A stretch of 64,000 nt of DNA from Promethearchaeota archaeon (GTDB lineage: Archaea > Asgardarchaeota > Lokiarchaeia > Sigyniarchaeales > SOKP01): the NCBI GenBank assembly GCA_016839555.1, contig JAEOUA010000003.1:352001-416000 (forward strand), in the 5' to 3' direction. Shown here piece after piece: positions 10,194-19,733 of the stretch. The notes beneath the pieces were generated by a model. The model did no database searches. It was not told the DNA's origin and worked only from the letters and a program-made list of their open reading frames with translations. Position 1 is the first letter of the stretch; the number at the start of each line of letters is the position of its first letter. Both the position numbers and the translations under genes were made by a program.

Positions 10194-12074
10194 TTATTCT
10201 ATATTTAAAATTATTTCTAATTGCCGTTCTAATTTTCGGCTCTCTTTTAGATAATATGAAGCTTTTTCATTGTTTTTTATTAATAAGTTAAAAAACGCAC
10301 TCATTAATTTATTCCATCTTATGGATTTTTTAATACCTGAGATTGTGTCTGTATGTAAAAAGCGTTTTGTTTGACTGAGATAAAAATTAGCATTCTTTGA
10401 ACTTTTTCGGTGATGAATATAATATTCTGAAAGTTCCAAGAATAAATCTGCTACAAGTTCATGGTATTCGTGGCTGATGCGATCAATCTCAATATTTTTT
10501 ACGCTCATAATAAGCATTTTTTGAGCTTGAGACAATTTTCCAACTTTTTTATAATATTTAGCACGGAGTAAATGATAATTTAATTTAAGTTTAATTGAAT
10601 TTTTTGCTAATTCAAATGCTTTTTTAAAAGTTTCGATAGATTTAGAAATCTCTTCCGATTGTTGATAAATTAATCCCAAGTAGATATAACATAGTCCTAA
10701 ATATTCATTCTTATTTGGGAAAACCAAATTCTTAGTTTCGATAAAATTGGTAATAATTTCAAAATAACTCTTCGCAATAGGAAGGAATTCTAATTCAAAA
10801 TGAATTCTTCCTAATTCATAATGAATCTTTACGATATATGAAACGGGAACCTTTCCTGATTTGGCAATCGAAAGTGCATTTTTGAGATAATTTATTGCAA
10901 CTTCCTTTTGATTTAGAGTGAGGGCAATATCTTTTAATAATAATAAGATTGTGACTACAGCTTTTTTCTGTTTATATTTATTAAATGTCTTGAGAGCTTT
11001 TGTCAAAATATTATTAGCTTCTTTTAGTTTATAATTATTTATTAATTCTTCGGCTTTTGTTAAATAATTTAAATTTTCTATAACTTTAAAATTATTAGGT
11101 GGAGAATTTAATAAATTATGGTGAATAAGATAAAGTTGCTTAGCGATTAAGCTTTCATAATGAAGGGCAGAGAAGGGAAAATTATTTTGTTCGTCAACAA
11201 AATTTTTAGTATCTAATTCTCTTTTTGGATCAAAAGATCTCAATACCCGAGTATTGATTTCCATTTGGTCAATACCATCTAATATAGAATTCAAACTTAA
11301 TCGACTAAATTTTACCCAATTTGTTGATAAATCACATATTAAATCATCTGAATTATATAATGCTTGAATGATATATGGAGTATAACTTTCAAAAAAGGAT
11401 CTAATATAGAATTTTTTATATATAAAATCTTTAAAATAAGTGAAAAATCCTTTCTCTAATATAAAAAACTCATCAATAGGCTCATTCGTAGAAAAGAACA
11501 ATGTTTCAGAAGTCCGCAATTTTGGAATCCCCTTTTCTAATTCCCACGGTAATTGAAATGTAGGCTCTAAACTGCTCTTTTGTAACTCATTATTAATGAT
11601 ATTTATTGTGCTTTCTTTTAAATGTTTTAACTCACTTCGCTTATTCATAAGCGATATGCGAATTCTATTAATCCACGCATTCTCTTTTTCATCATTTATT
11701 ACTTCTGGAATAATTAAATTTAGTAATTCAACTAATTGCTTTTTTTTATCGCTAATTGGTAATTCAATGTTCAAAGAAACTTGCTCACCAAAAGATTCTA
11801 ATGATCCCATCAATTTCTTTAAAAATTCAAGCATATTTTTATCCAAATTCCAAAATTTGAACGCGACTGAAATTTTAAAATTTAGGATTTCAAAAGGAAC
11901 ATTGAATTTCAAGGGAAGATAAATGGGAATTTTTACTGTAAATAAGAAGGTTTTATTCTGCTTAAAACTATAGCGATAGTTATTTTCAACAACACCCTTA
12001 ATGGACCACCCATTTTCTTTCATGAGATTGTGCAATTTTTGAATCTCATTTAGCGATAACAGCGTGTATGACAT
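10194..12074 (-). CDS. TPR-repeat-containing protein
   Basis: C-terminal half has TPR-like units (AINYLKNALSIA, YELGRIHF, YLGLIYQQ...KKAFEL). Confidence 0.7.
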   Translation of the reverse strand: MSYTLLSLNEIQKLHNLMKENGWSIKGVVENNYRYSFKQNKTFLFTVKIPIYLPLKFNVPFEILNFKISVAFKFWNLDKNMLEFLKKLMGSLESFGEQVSLNIELPISDKKKQLVELLNLIIPEVINDEKENAWINRIRISLMNKRSELKHLKESTINIINNELQKSSLEPTFQLPWELEKGIPKLRTSETLFFSTNEPIDEFFILEKGFFTYFKDFIYKKFYIRSFFESYTPYIIQALYNSDDLICDLSTNWVKFSRLSLNSILDGIDQMEINTRVLRSFDPKRELDTKNFVDEQNNFPFSALHYESLIAKQLYLIHHNLLNSPPNNFKVIENLNYLTKAEELINNYKLKEANNILTKALKTFNKYKQKKAVVTILLLLKDIALTLNQKEVAINYLKNALSIAKSGKVPVSYIVKIHYELGRIHFELEFLPIAKSYFEIITNFIETKNLVFPNKNEYLGLCYIYLGLIYQQSEEISKSIETFKKAFELAKNSIKLKLNYHLLRAKYYKKVGKLSQAQKMLIMSVKNIEIDRISHEYHELVADLFLELSEYYIHHRKSSKNANFYLSQTKRFLHTDTISGIKKSIRWNKLMSAFFNLLIKNNEKASYYLKESRKLERQLEIILNIE

Positions 12075-12233
12075 AATTTTCTTATAAATTTAAATCATTA
12101 TTTAGTTTCTGAAAAAATTGGTTTACTCTAGTTTTAAATTCATAAATGATTTTATGATCATTATATAATATAATGGAAGTATAATCTTATTAGTTTGACT
12201 TAATTTGAAGTTGAATATAAGGTTTGACCCCCT

Positions 12234-12953
12234 ATGGATATCTCAAAATTTAATCAAGCTCTAAGTATATTAGTCAATAAAGCAAAAAGATATGAAAGAG
12301 CAGGAAATTTAGAAGAAGCAATAGAAGCATGGCTAAGAGTTTCAGAATTCACTCTCAGAACCTCAAAAATGAGAGATTTAGATAGTTCTTATCGAAATAT
12401 GTTAATTTCAAGAACCGAGGGGATCATTAATAAAATAAAAATCTTAAAAGCGGAACTTAATAAACCCAAAATTGAAGAACCTTCAATTGATAAAGCTGAA
12501 ACTTCAATATTGACCCAAGAAGAGCTCCCTCCACCTGAAGAAACACACTCAGAAGAAAAAACCCAACTAAAACAAAAAGTGACGACGCTCGGTCCTACCA
12601 AGATATCTAAACAAATTCATAAGGCAAAGGGTTCTTCTGAAATGGATCTTAGATCAGAAGTGGCATCTCCAGAAAATGTTGAAGTGATTGAAGAATCAGA
12701 ATTTAAAAATTTACCTAATGGTGTTAAACAAATAAAACCTTCCAAAGATTTTGAGGTTTTGACTCCTTTTGACTCCGAGTTAGTCAAAAGACGACTCGGT
12801 GAAGATATAAATTTGAGTGGAGTTAAAGGTCAAGAAAATACTGAAGCTGATGAAATAAGTAAAAAGCGTAAGATCATTTGTCCCTTATGTGGGGAAGTAA
12901 ATTCCGCAGATAGAGAGATATGTAAGAATTGTGGGACAAAGTTAAAGAATTAA
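12234..12953 (+). CDS. MIT-like domain + low-complexity linker + C-terminal zinc ribbon
   Basis: N-terminal LVNKAKRYERAGNLEEAIEAW three-helix pattern; C-terminal CPLCG...CKNCG. Confidence 0.7.
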   Translation: MDISKFNQALSILVNKAKRYERAGNLEEAIEAWLRVSEFTLRTSKMRDLDSSYRNMLISRTEGIINKIKILKAELNKPKIEEPSIDKAETSILTQEELPPPEETHSEEKTQLKQKVTTLGPTKISKQIHKAKGSSEMDLRSEVASPENVEVIEESEFKNLPNGVKQIKPSKDFEVLTPFDSELVKRRLGEDINLSGVKGQENTEADEISKKRKIICPLCGEVNSADREICKNCGTKLKN

Positions 12954-12974
12954 AAAAAATATACTGTTTCGAAT

Positions 12975-14414
12975 TCATTGCTCATAGGTATTATGGTACC
13001 AATCTTCGAAATCTTCGAAGCGGTCAGAATGAAATTCTGTTAGTAAATTGTTATTTGCATCATTTTTAATTTTTTCAAACAATTGGTCGCAAATATCGGG
13101 ATTTTCTTGTGCAATATTATTTTGCCAGTTAGGATCTTGTGTAAGATCAAATAATTTCTGTTCTGTTTTATGATTTCCCGTAATTAATGCATATTCATCA
13201 TCTTTAAAAAGAGTCCAGAGGGCCATCCCACACGTGATATAATCTCTATCTTCCAAAGCATAATATTTATCATCCAGGAATACAGATAAATCATGACCTT
13301 CTAATTTTTTTGGAATATCTTTGTCAAGAAAGCCAAAAATCGTCGGCAATATGTCAATATCATATATATAAGAACTTTTCACTCGTATTGGACCATTAAT
13401 TTGTTCTGGGGGTTTAATCATAAAGGGTATATCTACTAATTCAGGGAACATGTACTGGGGGACCTTTCCCACTGAACCATGTTCGCCGAAATTATGCCCA
13501 TGATCGCTAATAAAGAATATTAGTGAATCATCATACAGATCTAATTGTTTTAACTCATTAATGAATACTCCAAACCAATGATCACAGAGAGAAACTTCTC
13601 CAGCATAACACGCTTTCATGCTTTCTAATTCCTCTTTAGTGATTAAATCCACACTATTTCCATAAATAGGTTGGATTATTTTATTTCCTAAATAGGATTT
13701 ATCTTTGTAGAGCTCATAATATTTATCTGGTGGATCCCAAGGTTCATGCGGGTCAAATTCATCTACTACACATAGATAATTATTAACATTTTTATTTAAT
13801 TTTGCTGATTCAACAGCCTTTTGGAACGTTTTTGCTGGCATATAATCTTCTTCTGATTTGTAATATTGGGTATTTTTAAAATATTTCTTAAGTAAGATTT
13901 TTTGCAGTTGTACTTCATAATAATTTTCTTCCGTTCGTTCAGGGACATGATTTTTAATAATTTCTCTTAATTTTGATTTACTTGCCTTCCATGTTGGTAT
14001 ATATTTATCATATTCATGCCCTCTAATCAGGTGCCATTCATCGAAACCCAAATGGAAATTCATACAGGGTTTATATTGATGATAAGTACTTGTTATAAAA
14101 GAACTAATATATCCAAAAGCATGTAAATATTCCGAAAGATGCTTTTGATTATGCGGAATGGGAGTCCATCCCGGTGCTTCTACAAAATCATCACTCCTAA
14201 AGTTTAAATCTTTATCAAAAGGAAAGGTTCTTATGCCTGTGTGAATTGCCCTACGTACTGGTATTGTTGGTAAAGCTTCGGGATATGCTTTATCGAATAC
14301 TAAACAATCATTCGCAAATTCATCAAAATTAGGTGTTTGTATCCAATCATTGCCATAGGTCTTTCCGGTGTGGTCCTTTCTAAGAGTATCAAGTATAATA
14401 AGAAATATTTTCAT
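12975..14414 (-). CDS. sulfatase-like hydrolase (alkaline phosphatase superfamily), Thr-type motif
   Basis: ILDTLRKDH, TPNFD, T-I-P-V-R..IHTG, DPHEPWDPP, SDHG. Confidence 0.85.
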   Translation of the reverse strand: MKIFLIILDTLRKDHTGKTYGNDWIQTPNFDEFANDCLVFDKAYPEALPTIPVRRAIHTGIRTFPFDKDLNFRSDDFVEAPGWTPIPHNQKHLSEYLHAFGYISSFITSTYHQYKPCMNFHLGFDEWHLIRGHEYDKYIPTWKASKSKLREIIKNHVPERTEENYYEVQLQKILLKKYFKNTQYYKSEEDYMPAKTFQKAVESAKLNKNVNNYLCVVDEFDPHEPWDPPDKYYELYKDKSYLGNKIIQPIYGNSVDLITKEELESMKACYAGEVSLCDHWFGVFINELKQLDLYDDSLIFFISDHGHNFGEHGSVGKVPQYMFPELVDIPFMIKPPEQINGPIRVKSSYIYDIDILPTIFGFLDKDIPKKLEGHDLSVFLDDKYYALEDRDYITCGMALWTLFKDDEYALITGNHKTEQKLFDLTQDPNWQNNIAQENPDICDQLFEKIKNDANNNLLTEFHSDRFEDFEDWYHNTYEQ

Positions 14415-14556
14415 TTATTTTCTATTTATTATTTCTGGTTAAATATTTTCTATAATATATATTAAAATAAGTTTTAAAATAATTTTAAACTTCTAGTTCA
14501 TTAGAAATAATCTAGAAAAAGTCAATCATATTATTTGTAATGTCATTTAATTAATT

Positions 14557-15354
14557 ATGATTATCGAATTATTAGTAATTGGGAATGAAATTCTTATCGG
14601 TAAAACGCAAGATACTAATTCTAATTGGATTGTTAAAAGAATTGCGAAATACGGGCATAAAACACGGAGAATTACTGTGATTGGAGATGAGATTGAGGAA
14701 ATTTCTTCAGCAATTCAAGAAATTTTAAACCGTAAACCAGATATGATTATTACTTGCGGTGGACTTGGCCCCACATTTGATGACATGACTAATGAAGCGG
14801 TAGCAAAAGGATTAGGACGGAAATTAGTATTAAATGAACATGCTTATAATAGTATTAAAAAAGCATATAAACGAGCTTATGAACAAGGAATTGTAAAACT
14901 TGATGGAATGACTAAAGAGAGGGAGAAAATGGCATATATGCCTGATGGGTCAACACCACTGCCAAATACTAAGGGAACCGCACCAGGAGTAAAAATAAAG
15001 CAAAATAAAATTAATATTTATATCTTGCCGGGTGTTCCTAATGAAATGAAAACAATATTTAGAAATGTTATTTTGCCCATTTTAAAGGATAAACAAGGAA
15101 AATTCTATCAAAAAGGATTTATTTTTTCCGGGATTGGAGAATCTCATATCGCTCCGTATGTGACTGAACTCGAGGAGAAATATCCAGATCTCTGGATAAA
15201 AACACACCCACGAATTGGTCTTTCTGTTGAAGTGGAAATCTCCATCACCTGTTTTGATAAAGACACTTGTGAAGAAAATATTAATAAAGCATTAAAAAAG
15301 CTAAAACAGATAGTTAAAGAATTAGATGGAAAAATAATTAAACAAAATACTTAA
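14557..15354 (+). CDS. CinA/MocF-like (competence-damage) protein
   Basis: IGNEILIG, DTNS, GGLGPTFDDMT, GTAPG, LPGVPNEM. Confidence 0.88.
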   Translation: MIIELLVIGNEILIGKTQDTNSNWIVKRIAKYGHKTRRITVIGDEIEEISSAIQEILNRKPDMIITCGGLGPTFDDMTNEAVAKGLGRKLVLNEHAYNSIKKAYKRAYEQGIVKLDGMTKEREKMAYMPDGSTPLPNTKGTAPGVKIKQNKINIYILPGVPNEMKTIFRNVILPILKDKQGKFYQKGFIFSGIGESHIAPYVTELEEKYPDLWIKTHPRIGLSVEVEISITCFDKDTCEENINKALKKLKQIVKELDGKIIKQNT

Positions 15355-15357
15355 AAT

Positions 15358-15431
15358 ATGATGGCACCTCGCAGGTGAAAATTTCAATAAGCAATCGCTT
15401 CAAGCGTTTGTGCTTATATCATTAACATCAT
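15358..15431 (-). promoter_or_regulatory. eukaryote-like SECIS element in the selD 3' UTR
   Basis: Minus strand AUGAU-AUAAGCA-C-AAA-CGCU-UGA-AGCG-AU-UGCUUAU-UGAA (15422-15383): AUGA/GA core, 7-bp helix, unpaired AAA, apical mini-stem. Confidence 0.88.
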
Positions 15432-16462
15432 TAATAATTTGAAATTTCTATGTTTTCGATTTCTTTAGATATTCTTATTTCTCCCGGTGTTTTATCATCG
15501 ATTTCACCAACGATCCAGTTTGAAATCTTCTTAGTTGAAAGAGCATTCGAAAATTCTTCGACTTTTTCTGAATCAATAGCCATTAACATTCCACCAGCAG
15601 TTTCATGTGCTATACATTCATCAAAAGCATATCCCAATTCATCCGAAAGATCTTTCGAGAGTTTAATCGAAGGAGTTTTGGTTATTATCCCCGAAAGTTT
15701 AGAATGCTGGAGCATTTCTTTAGCATGCCCAGCAAGACCAAATCCTGTAACATCTGACATTGCATGCACAAACGAAAAGTCATTAAATGAATGGATAGTC
15801 CTGATAACATCTTGATTTGGTGTGGTCATAATTTTTATAGCAATATCAATGGAGTTTTGTAGTTCTGTTCTCGAATAATTTTCTAATAATTCCGGCATAT
15901 CCTTTAAAATTCTATAAGCAGCCATTATAGCTTGCAAACCTATAGGTTTTGTAAGGATTAGCTTATCTCCTTTTTTTACTCCACTTTTTCTTATAATTGT
16001 ATCTTTATGTGCTATTCCTGAAGCTTCTCCTCCTATTAATGGCCAATCACAATAAATCGTGTGTCCCCCCACTACTTCTGATCCCACTTTATTTTCCATA
16101 AAATATTTTATCCCCCGAAGAATTCCTTCTGATATATAACTAGGAGTAGTGGTAGTAACTGCTAAAAAAATCAGCATACCACCATTAATATCTAGCACAT
16201 TCATGGCAAAAATATCGTTTGTTACATTGCAAGCTGCTATTTCACCTTGAATTTCTGGCTCATCAACAATAGGGGTAAAAATATCTAAATTTTTCACCAG
16301 AACTAATTCCGTCCCTTTTATGGGAATTACCGCCGCATCATCAATATCACCATATAGCCCCGTTTTAATTAAAAGTTCTTCCAAGTTGGATGCACCTAAT
16401 TTACATGATCATCCATGTATTTTAACCATTGAGGTTAATCTATATTCTTCTTTTGCTTTCAT
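15431..16462 (-). CDS. selD: selenide, water dikinase (selenophosphate synthetase), selenoprotein with Sec18
   Basis: Extending the 16384 ORF upstream gives MKAKEEYRLTSMVKIHG-U-SCKLG (TGA at 16411-16409). Also DDAAV, DIFTPIVD, NDIFAM, GGHT, LILTKPIG, SDVTGFGLAGH. Confidence 0.95.
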
Positions 16463-16604
16463 CACCCACAGCCTTCATTCTTTTTAAATTTATGATTTTC
16501 CTATTTTAAAGAATATAAGATTATATAAAATATTAATGTTTTCGATAAATTAATCGAAGAGATCGATAAATAAATAAAGAAATTATTTTATTTGTAAAAA
16601 AAAT

Positions 16605-19535
16605 TTATAAAAGAATAAAATCAATTTTTTTAAATATAACCTTAGGGATATTATGAGCTCCTTTATAAGAGATTTCAAGATTAATTTCAGAAGGTTCCAT
16701 AGTCTGGCTATTATTTTTTATTTCCTTATCAATTTTAAATAGATATTTAAATTTAAAATCATTACCCGCTTTTAAATCATTAAGTTGGAAATATTTGGGG
16801 TGGCTTTGATCTAATAATTTTATATAAGACGGTGATTTAAGAGTAAAAGATAATTCTTTAAAGTCATAATTAGAAGAATTATTTAATCGTAAATTCATTT
16901 CAAGATGATTTCCAATAGTTTTAATTTTTTTAAATAGAGTAGGCTCCTTAAAGTCGGGAAATTCTAAGCCAATTTTCGGACTAATAATTTTTTCATCAAT
17001 TATTTTTGCATCTAATTTATCTTTATCAATATATTTTAATAATAACTCTTTAATTCGTTCTGTCTCTAACTCAATATAGTTTGAAAGAAGTTCAATTGAG
17101 ATGGGATTCATTATGTTAAGATAATGTTTCACCTGAAATAGAAATAATTTCTCATTATTCTTCATAACAAATTTTTTTAATTTATAGATCATTAGTTCTT
17201 TAGTTTGTTCCCATTTTTCAAGAATGGGATTTATATATAAGTTAAATCCATTAGATTTTGGTTTAAATATTTCTTTAGTTTCGATAATATTATCAATCTG
17301 TTCTTCAGTTTTATCAATAAATAGTTTAATCTGTGAGGAATTCATTTCTAAAGTTTTTTTCGCCTGTTTAAAGTTGCCCTTTCTCATTAAAGCATTTAGT
17401 TTCAATGTCAGATGTTCGAGATTATGATTTAACTTTTTAATTCCATTAATACCATATGTTATTATTTCATTTATATAGGATTGAACTATTTGAAATGTTA
17501 ATTCATTGCTTATGCCATTAATATTATGAATATTTGATAAATCTTCAGAAGATTTAATAGAAAACACGGTTTCAACAATTTTTTGCTTTAATGATTTAAT
17601 TTTTTTATCTATTTTATTTAGATAAATTTGTATGTCTATTTTCACTGAAATCCATTTATTAATAAGATCTTTAAAAAGATCATCAAATTCAATATTATTA
17701 ATAATAGTTTCTCTAATATCTATGTCCAATTTAAATAAATTTTTTCGAATTAAGGAAATATAATTAAATTTTTCTTGAAATTCTTGTTCTGAATAAATAT
17801 CAAGATCTAAAGCTTGGGACCAGGTATCATCCTTTTTAATATAATCAAATTGGGCTTTTAGAATGGTAATTCGATCCATTAAAACATTAATTTTAGATTG
17901 GAGATTTGATATATGCTCTTGCTTTTTTTCCTCACAAATAGATGAGAGACTCACTCGGATTAAAGATAATTCATCAATGATTTGTATTTTAGTTTCCTTC
18001 CAATCTTCAATTAAATCAAAAGCAATTCTCCTATATTGGAAGTTATTTATTCTTTCATTAAATGTATGGATTTTTTTAATAATATCATCATACATTTGAT
18101 TTAGTTGAATTTCGGTAGTATTAAACTTGAAATCATTAATATAAGTATTTATTTTTTTTCGAAATTCTGCGGGAATCCTCTGAAAGTTTTCAATTTTTTC
18201 TCTTAAAAATGAAATTTCTCTCGAAATTTTTTCAATAGTACTTTTAATAGATGGGAAATTTGATTCGATTATTTTTAAAGTATATTCGATTTCCTCCTTA
18301 ACATTTAAGTCATGTTCATTTTCCAAGAATTCATTTAATTCTATATATAACCATATCCCAATTTTCTCATCTTGTAAAATATTGATCAATTTTTCAAGTA
18401 ATTCAACATATTGCTTACGTTTTCTCCAATATTTCGATTCCATCTCATATAATATTTTTATAATCTCTTTTTCAATTTCTAATTGATATTCTTTATATAA
18501 TTGTTTAAAAGTTATGGCAATTGTTTCCCTTATATTTTCAGAAGGATTATCTAATTCTTTAAAGAGATATGGAAAAATTTGTTTAATATGAGTTTGACAT
18601 AATTGATATAATGCCTCTTCTAAAATATAATTATATGAATCTTTACTAGATTCCGATATTAAATTGATTAAATTCGCCCAAATTTGTTCGAAGTTATTTT
18701 CTGCAATAATATTCAAGGCATCAATAACTTCATTCTGAATTCCATATTCTTTATTTTTAAGGAAATTAATAATTTTAGGAATAAAAGGAATTATCTCGGA
18801 TGACTTTTCTTTGCCAATTTCTCCGAATAACCAGATGATTAACTTTTTTACCCTTGGTTTTTCATTATATAAGAGATTTAATAAAACATAGAAAATTTTT
18901 TCTTTTGTCACATAATATTGTCCTAAAAGTTTTAATAATTCTGTTGCTGCTTGAGCAACGTCATCATCCTCATCTCTTAAATTTATTATTACTATTGAGA
19001 GAAGAGGTTCTATACTTTTGATTTTAGTGTAATCTTGATTAATTAATTTCTTAATAATAGTAATGACGATCAGCTTAACTTTCCAATCATTATCCATTAA
19101 TTTCTCTGTAAAATCATCTAAAATTGCTGATAATTTATCAGAATCAATATGAAGAGTTAAAAGTAATTTTCCAATAATTTTAACTGCTAATCGTCGTACA
19201 GAATCATCTCGGTCATATAATCGCAAATCGAATTCATCTAATAAATCTATTAATAAATTAGGCCTATAAATGGAAATCTGATATAAAATCTCGAGAGCAG
19301 CCAGCCTAATCCAAGAATCTTGGTCATTGATTAATCCTCCAATTATTTTAACAGCTTTTAAAGAAATTTTTGGGGATTTATCACATATTAGACTTAAATA
19401 ATTTAGTGCATTATAGAGATTTTCTTGATCATGCTGAGAATGGCAAGTCTCTATTGCTAATAATAAAGCTTTTAAGGCATCGGTGAAATTACCGTCTAAG
19501 ATCAATTTCTCAATATTTTCCAATTTCAAATTCAC
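16605..19535 (-). CDS. HEAT-repeat / coiled-coil / PCI-like winged helix / beta-sandwich multidomain protein
   Basis: HEAT units (LINDQDSWIRLAA, LYDRDDSVRRLA, LMDNDWKVK, LRDEDDDVAQAA); ISIELLS...LDAKI winged-helix pattern; beta-rich C-terminus. Confidence 0.75.
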   Translation of the reverse strand: MNLKLENIEKLILDGNFTDALKALLLAIETCHSQHDQENLYNALNYLSLICDKSPKISLKAVKIIGGLINDQDSWIRLAALEILYQISIYRPNLLIDLLDEFDLRLYDRDDSVRRLAVKIIGKLLLTLHIDSDKLSAILDDFTEKLMDNDWKVKLIVITIIKKLINQDYTKIKSIEPLLSIVIINLRDEDDDVAQAATELLKLLGQYYVTKEKIFYVLLNLLYNEKPRVKKLIIWLFGEIGKEKSSEIIPFIPKIINFLKNKEYGIQNEVIDALNIIAENNFEQIWANLINLISESSKDSYNYILEEALYQLCQTHIKQIFPYLFKELDNPSENIRETIAITFKQLYKEYQLEIEKEIIKILYEMESKYWRKRKQYVELLEKLINILQDEKIGIWLYIELNEFLENEHDLNVKEEIEYTLKIIESNFPSIKSTIEKISREISFLREKIENFQRIPAEFRKKINTYINDFKFNTTEIQLNQMYDDIIKKIHTFNERINNFQYRRIAFDLIEDWKETKIQIIDELSLIRVSLSSICEEKKQEHISNLQSKINVLMDRITILKAQFDYIKKDDTWSQALDLDIYSEQEFQEKFNYISLIRKNLFKLDIDIRETIINNIEFDDLFKDLINKWISVKIDIQIYLNKIDKKIKSLKQKIVETVFSIKSSEDLSNIHNINGISNELTFQIVQSYINEIITYGINGIKKLNHNLEHLTLKLNALMRKGNFKQAKKTLEMNSSQIKLFIDKTEEQIDNIIETKEIFKPKSNGFNLYINPILEKWEQTKELMIYKLKKFVMKNNEKLFLFQVKHYLNIMNPISIELLSNYIELETERIKELLLKYIDKDKLDAKIIDEKIISPKIGLEFPDFKEPTLFKKIKTIGNHLEMNLRLNNSSNYDFKELSFTLKSPSYIKLLDQSHPKYFQLNDLKAGNDFKFKYLFKIDKEIKNNSQTMEPSEINLEISYKGAHNIPKVIFKKIDFILL

Positions 19536-19733
19536 AATCTCACAGTTTAATCAGAAATCTTAACCAAAGTCTACTTTTTGTTAAAATAATATAAAATCAT
19601 TATATTATATTTTACCTTTCATTTGAAATCAAAATAAGAATTAAAGAAAAAAAAGTTATTTTAATGAAAATTCTGAATATATTTAATTTTATTCATATTT
19701 TTCTAAAGTTTTTTAAAAAAAAAGAGAGAATTA

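Noticed and set aside
15431-16384. selD start at the TTG given in the ORF track
   Set aside because: It omits the catalytic U-x-x-K motif; the in-frame ATG at 16462 with UGA recoding fits the family.
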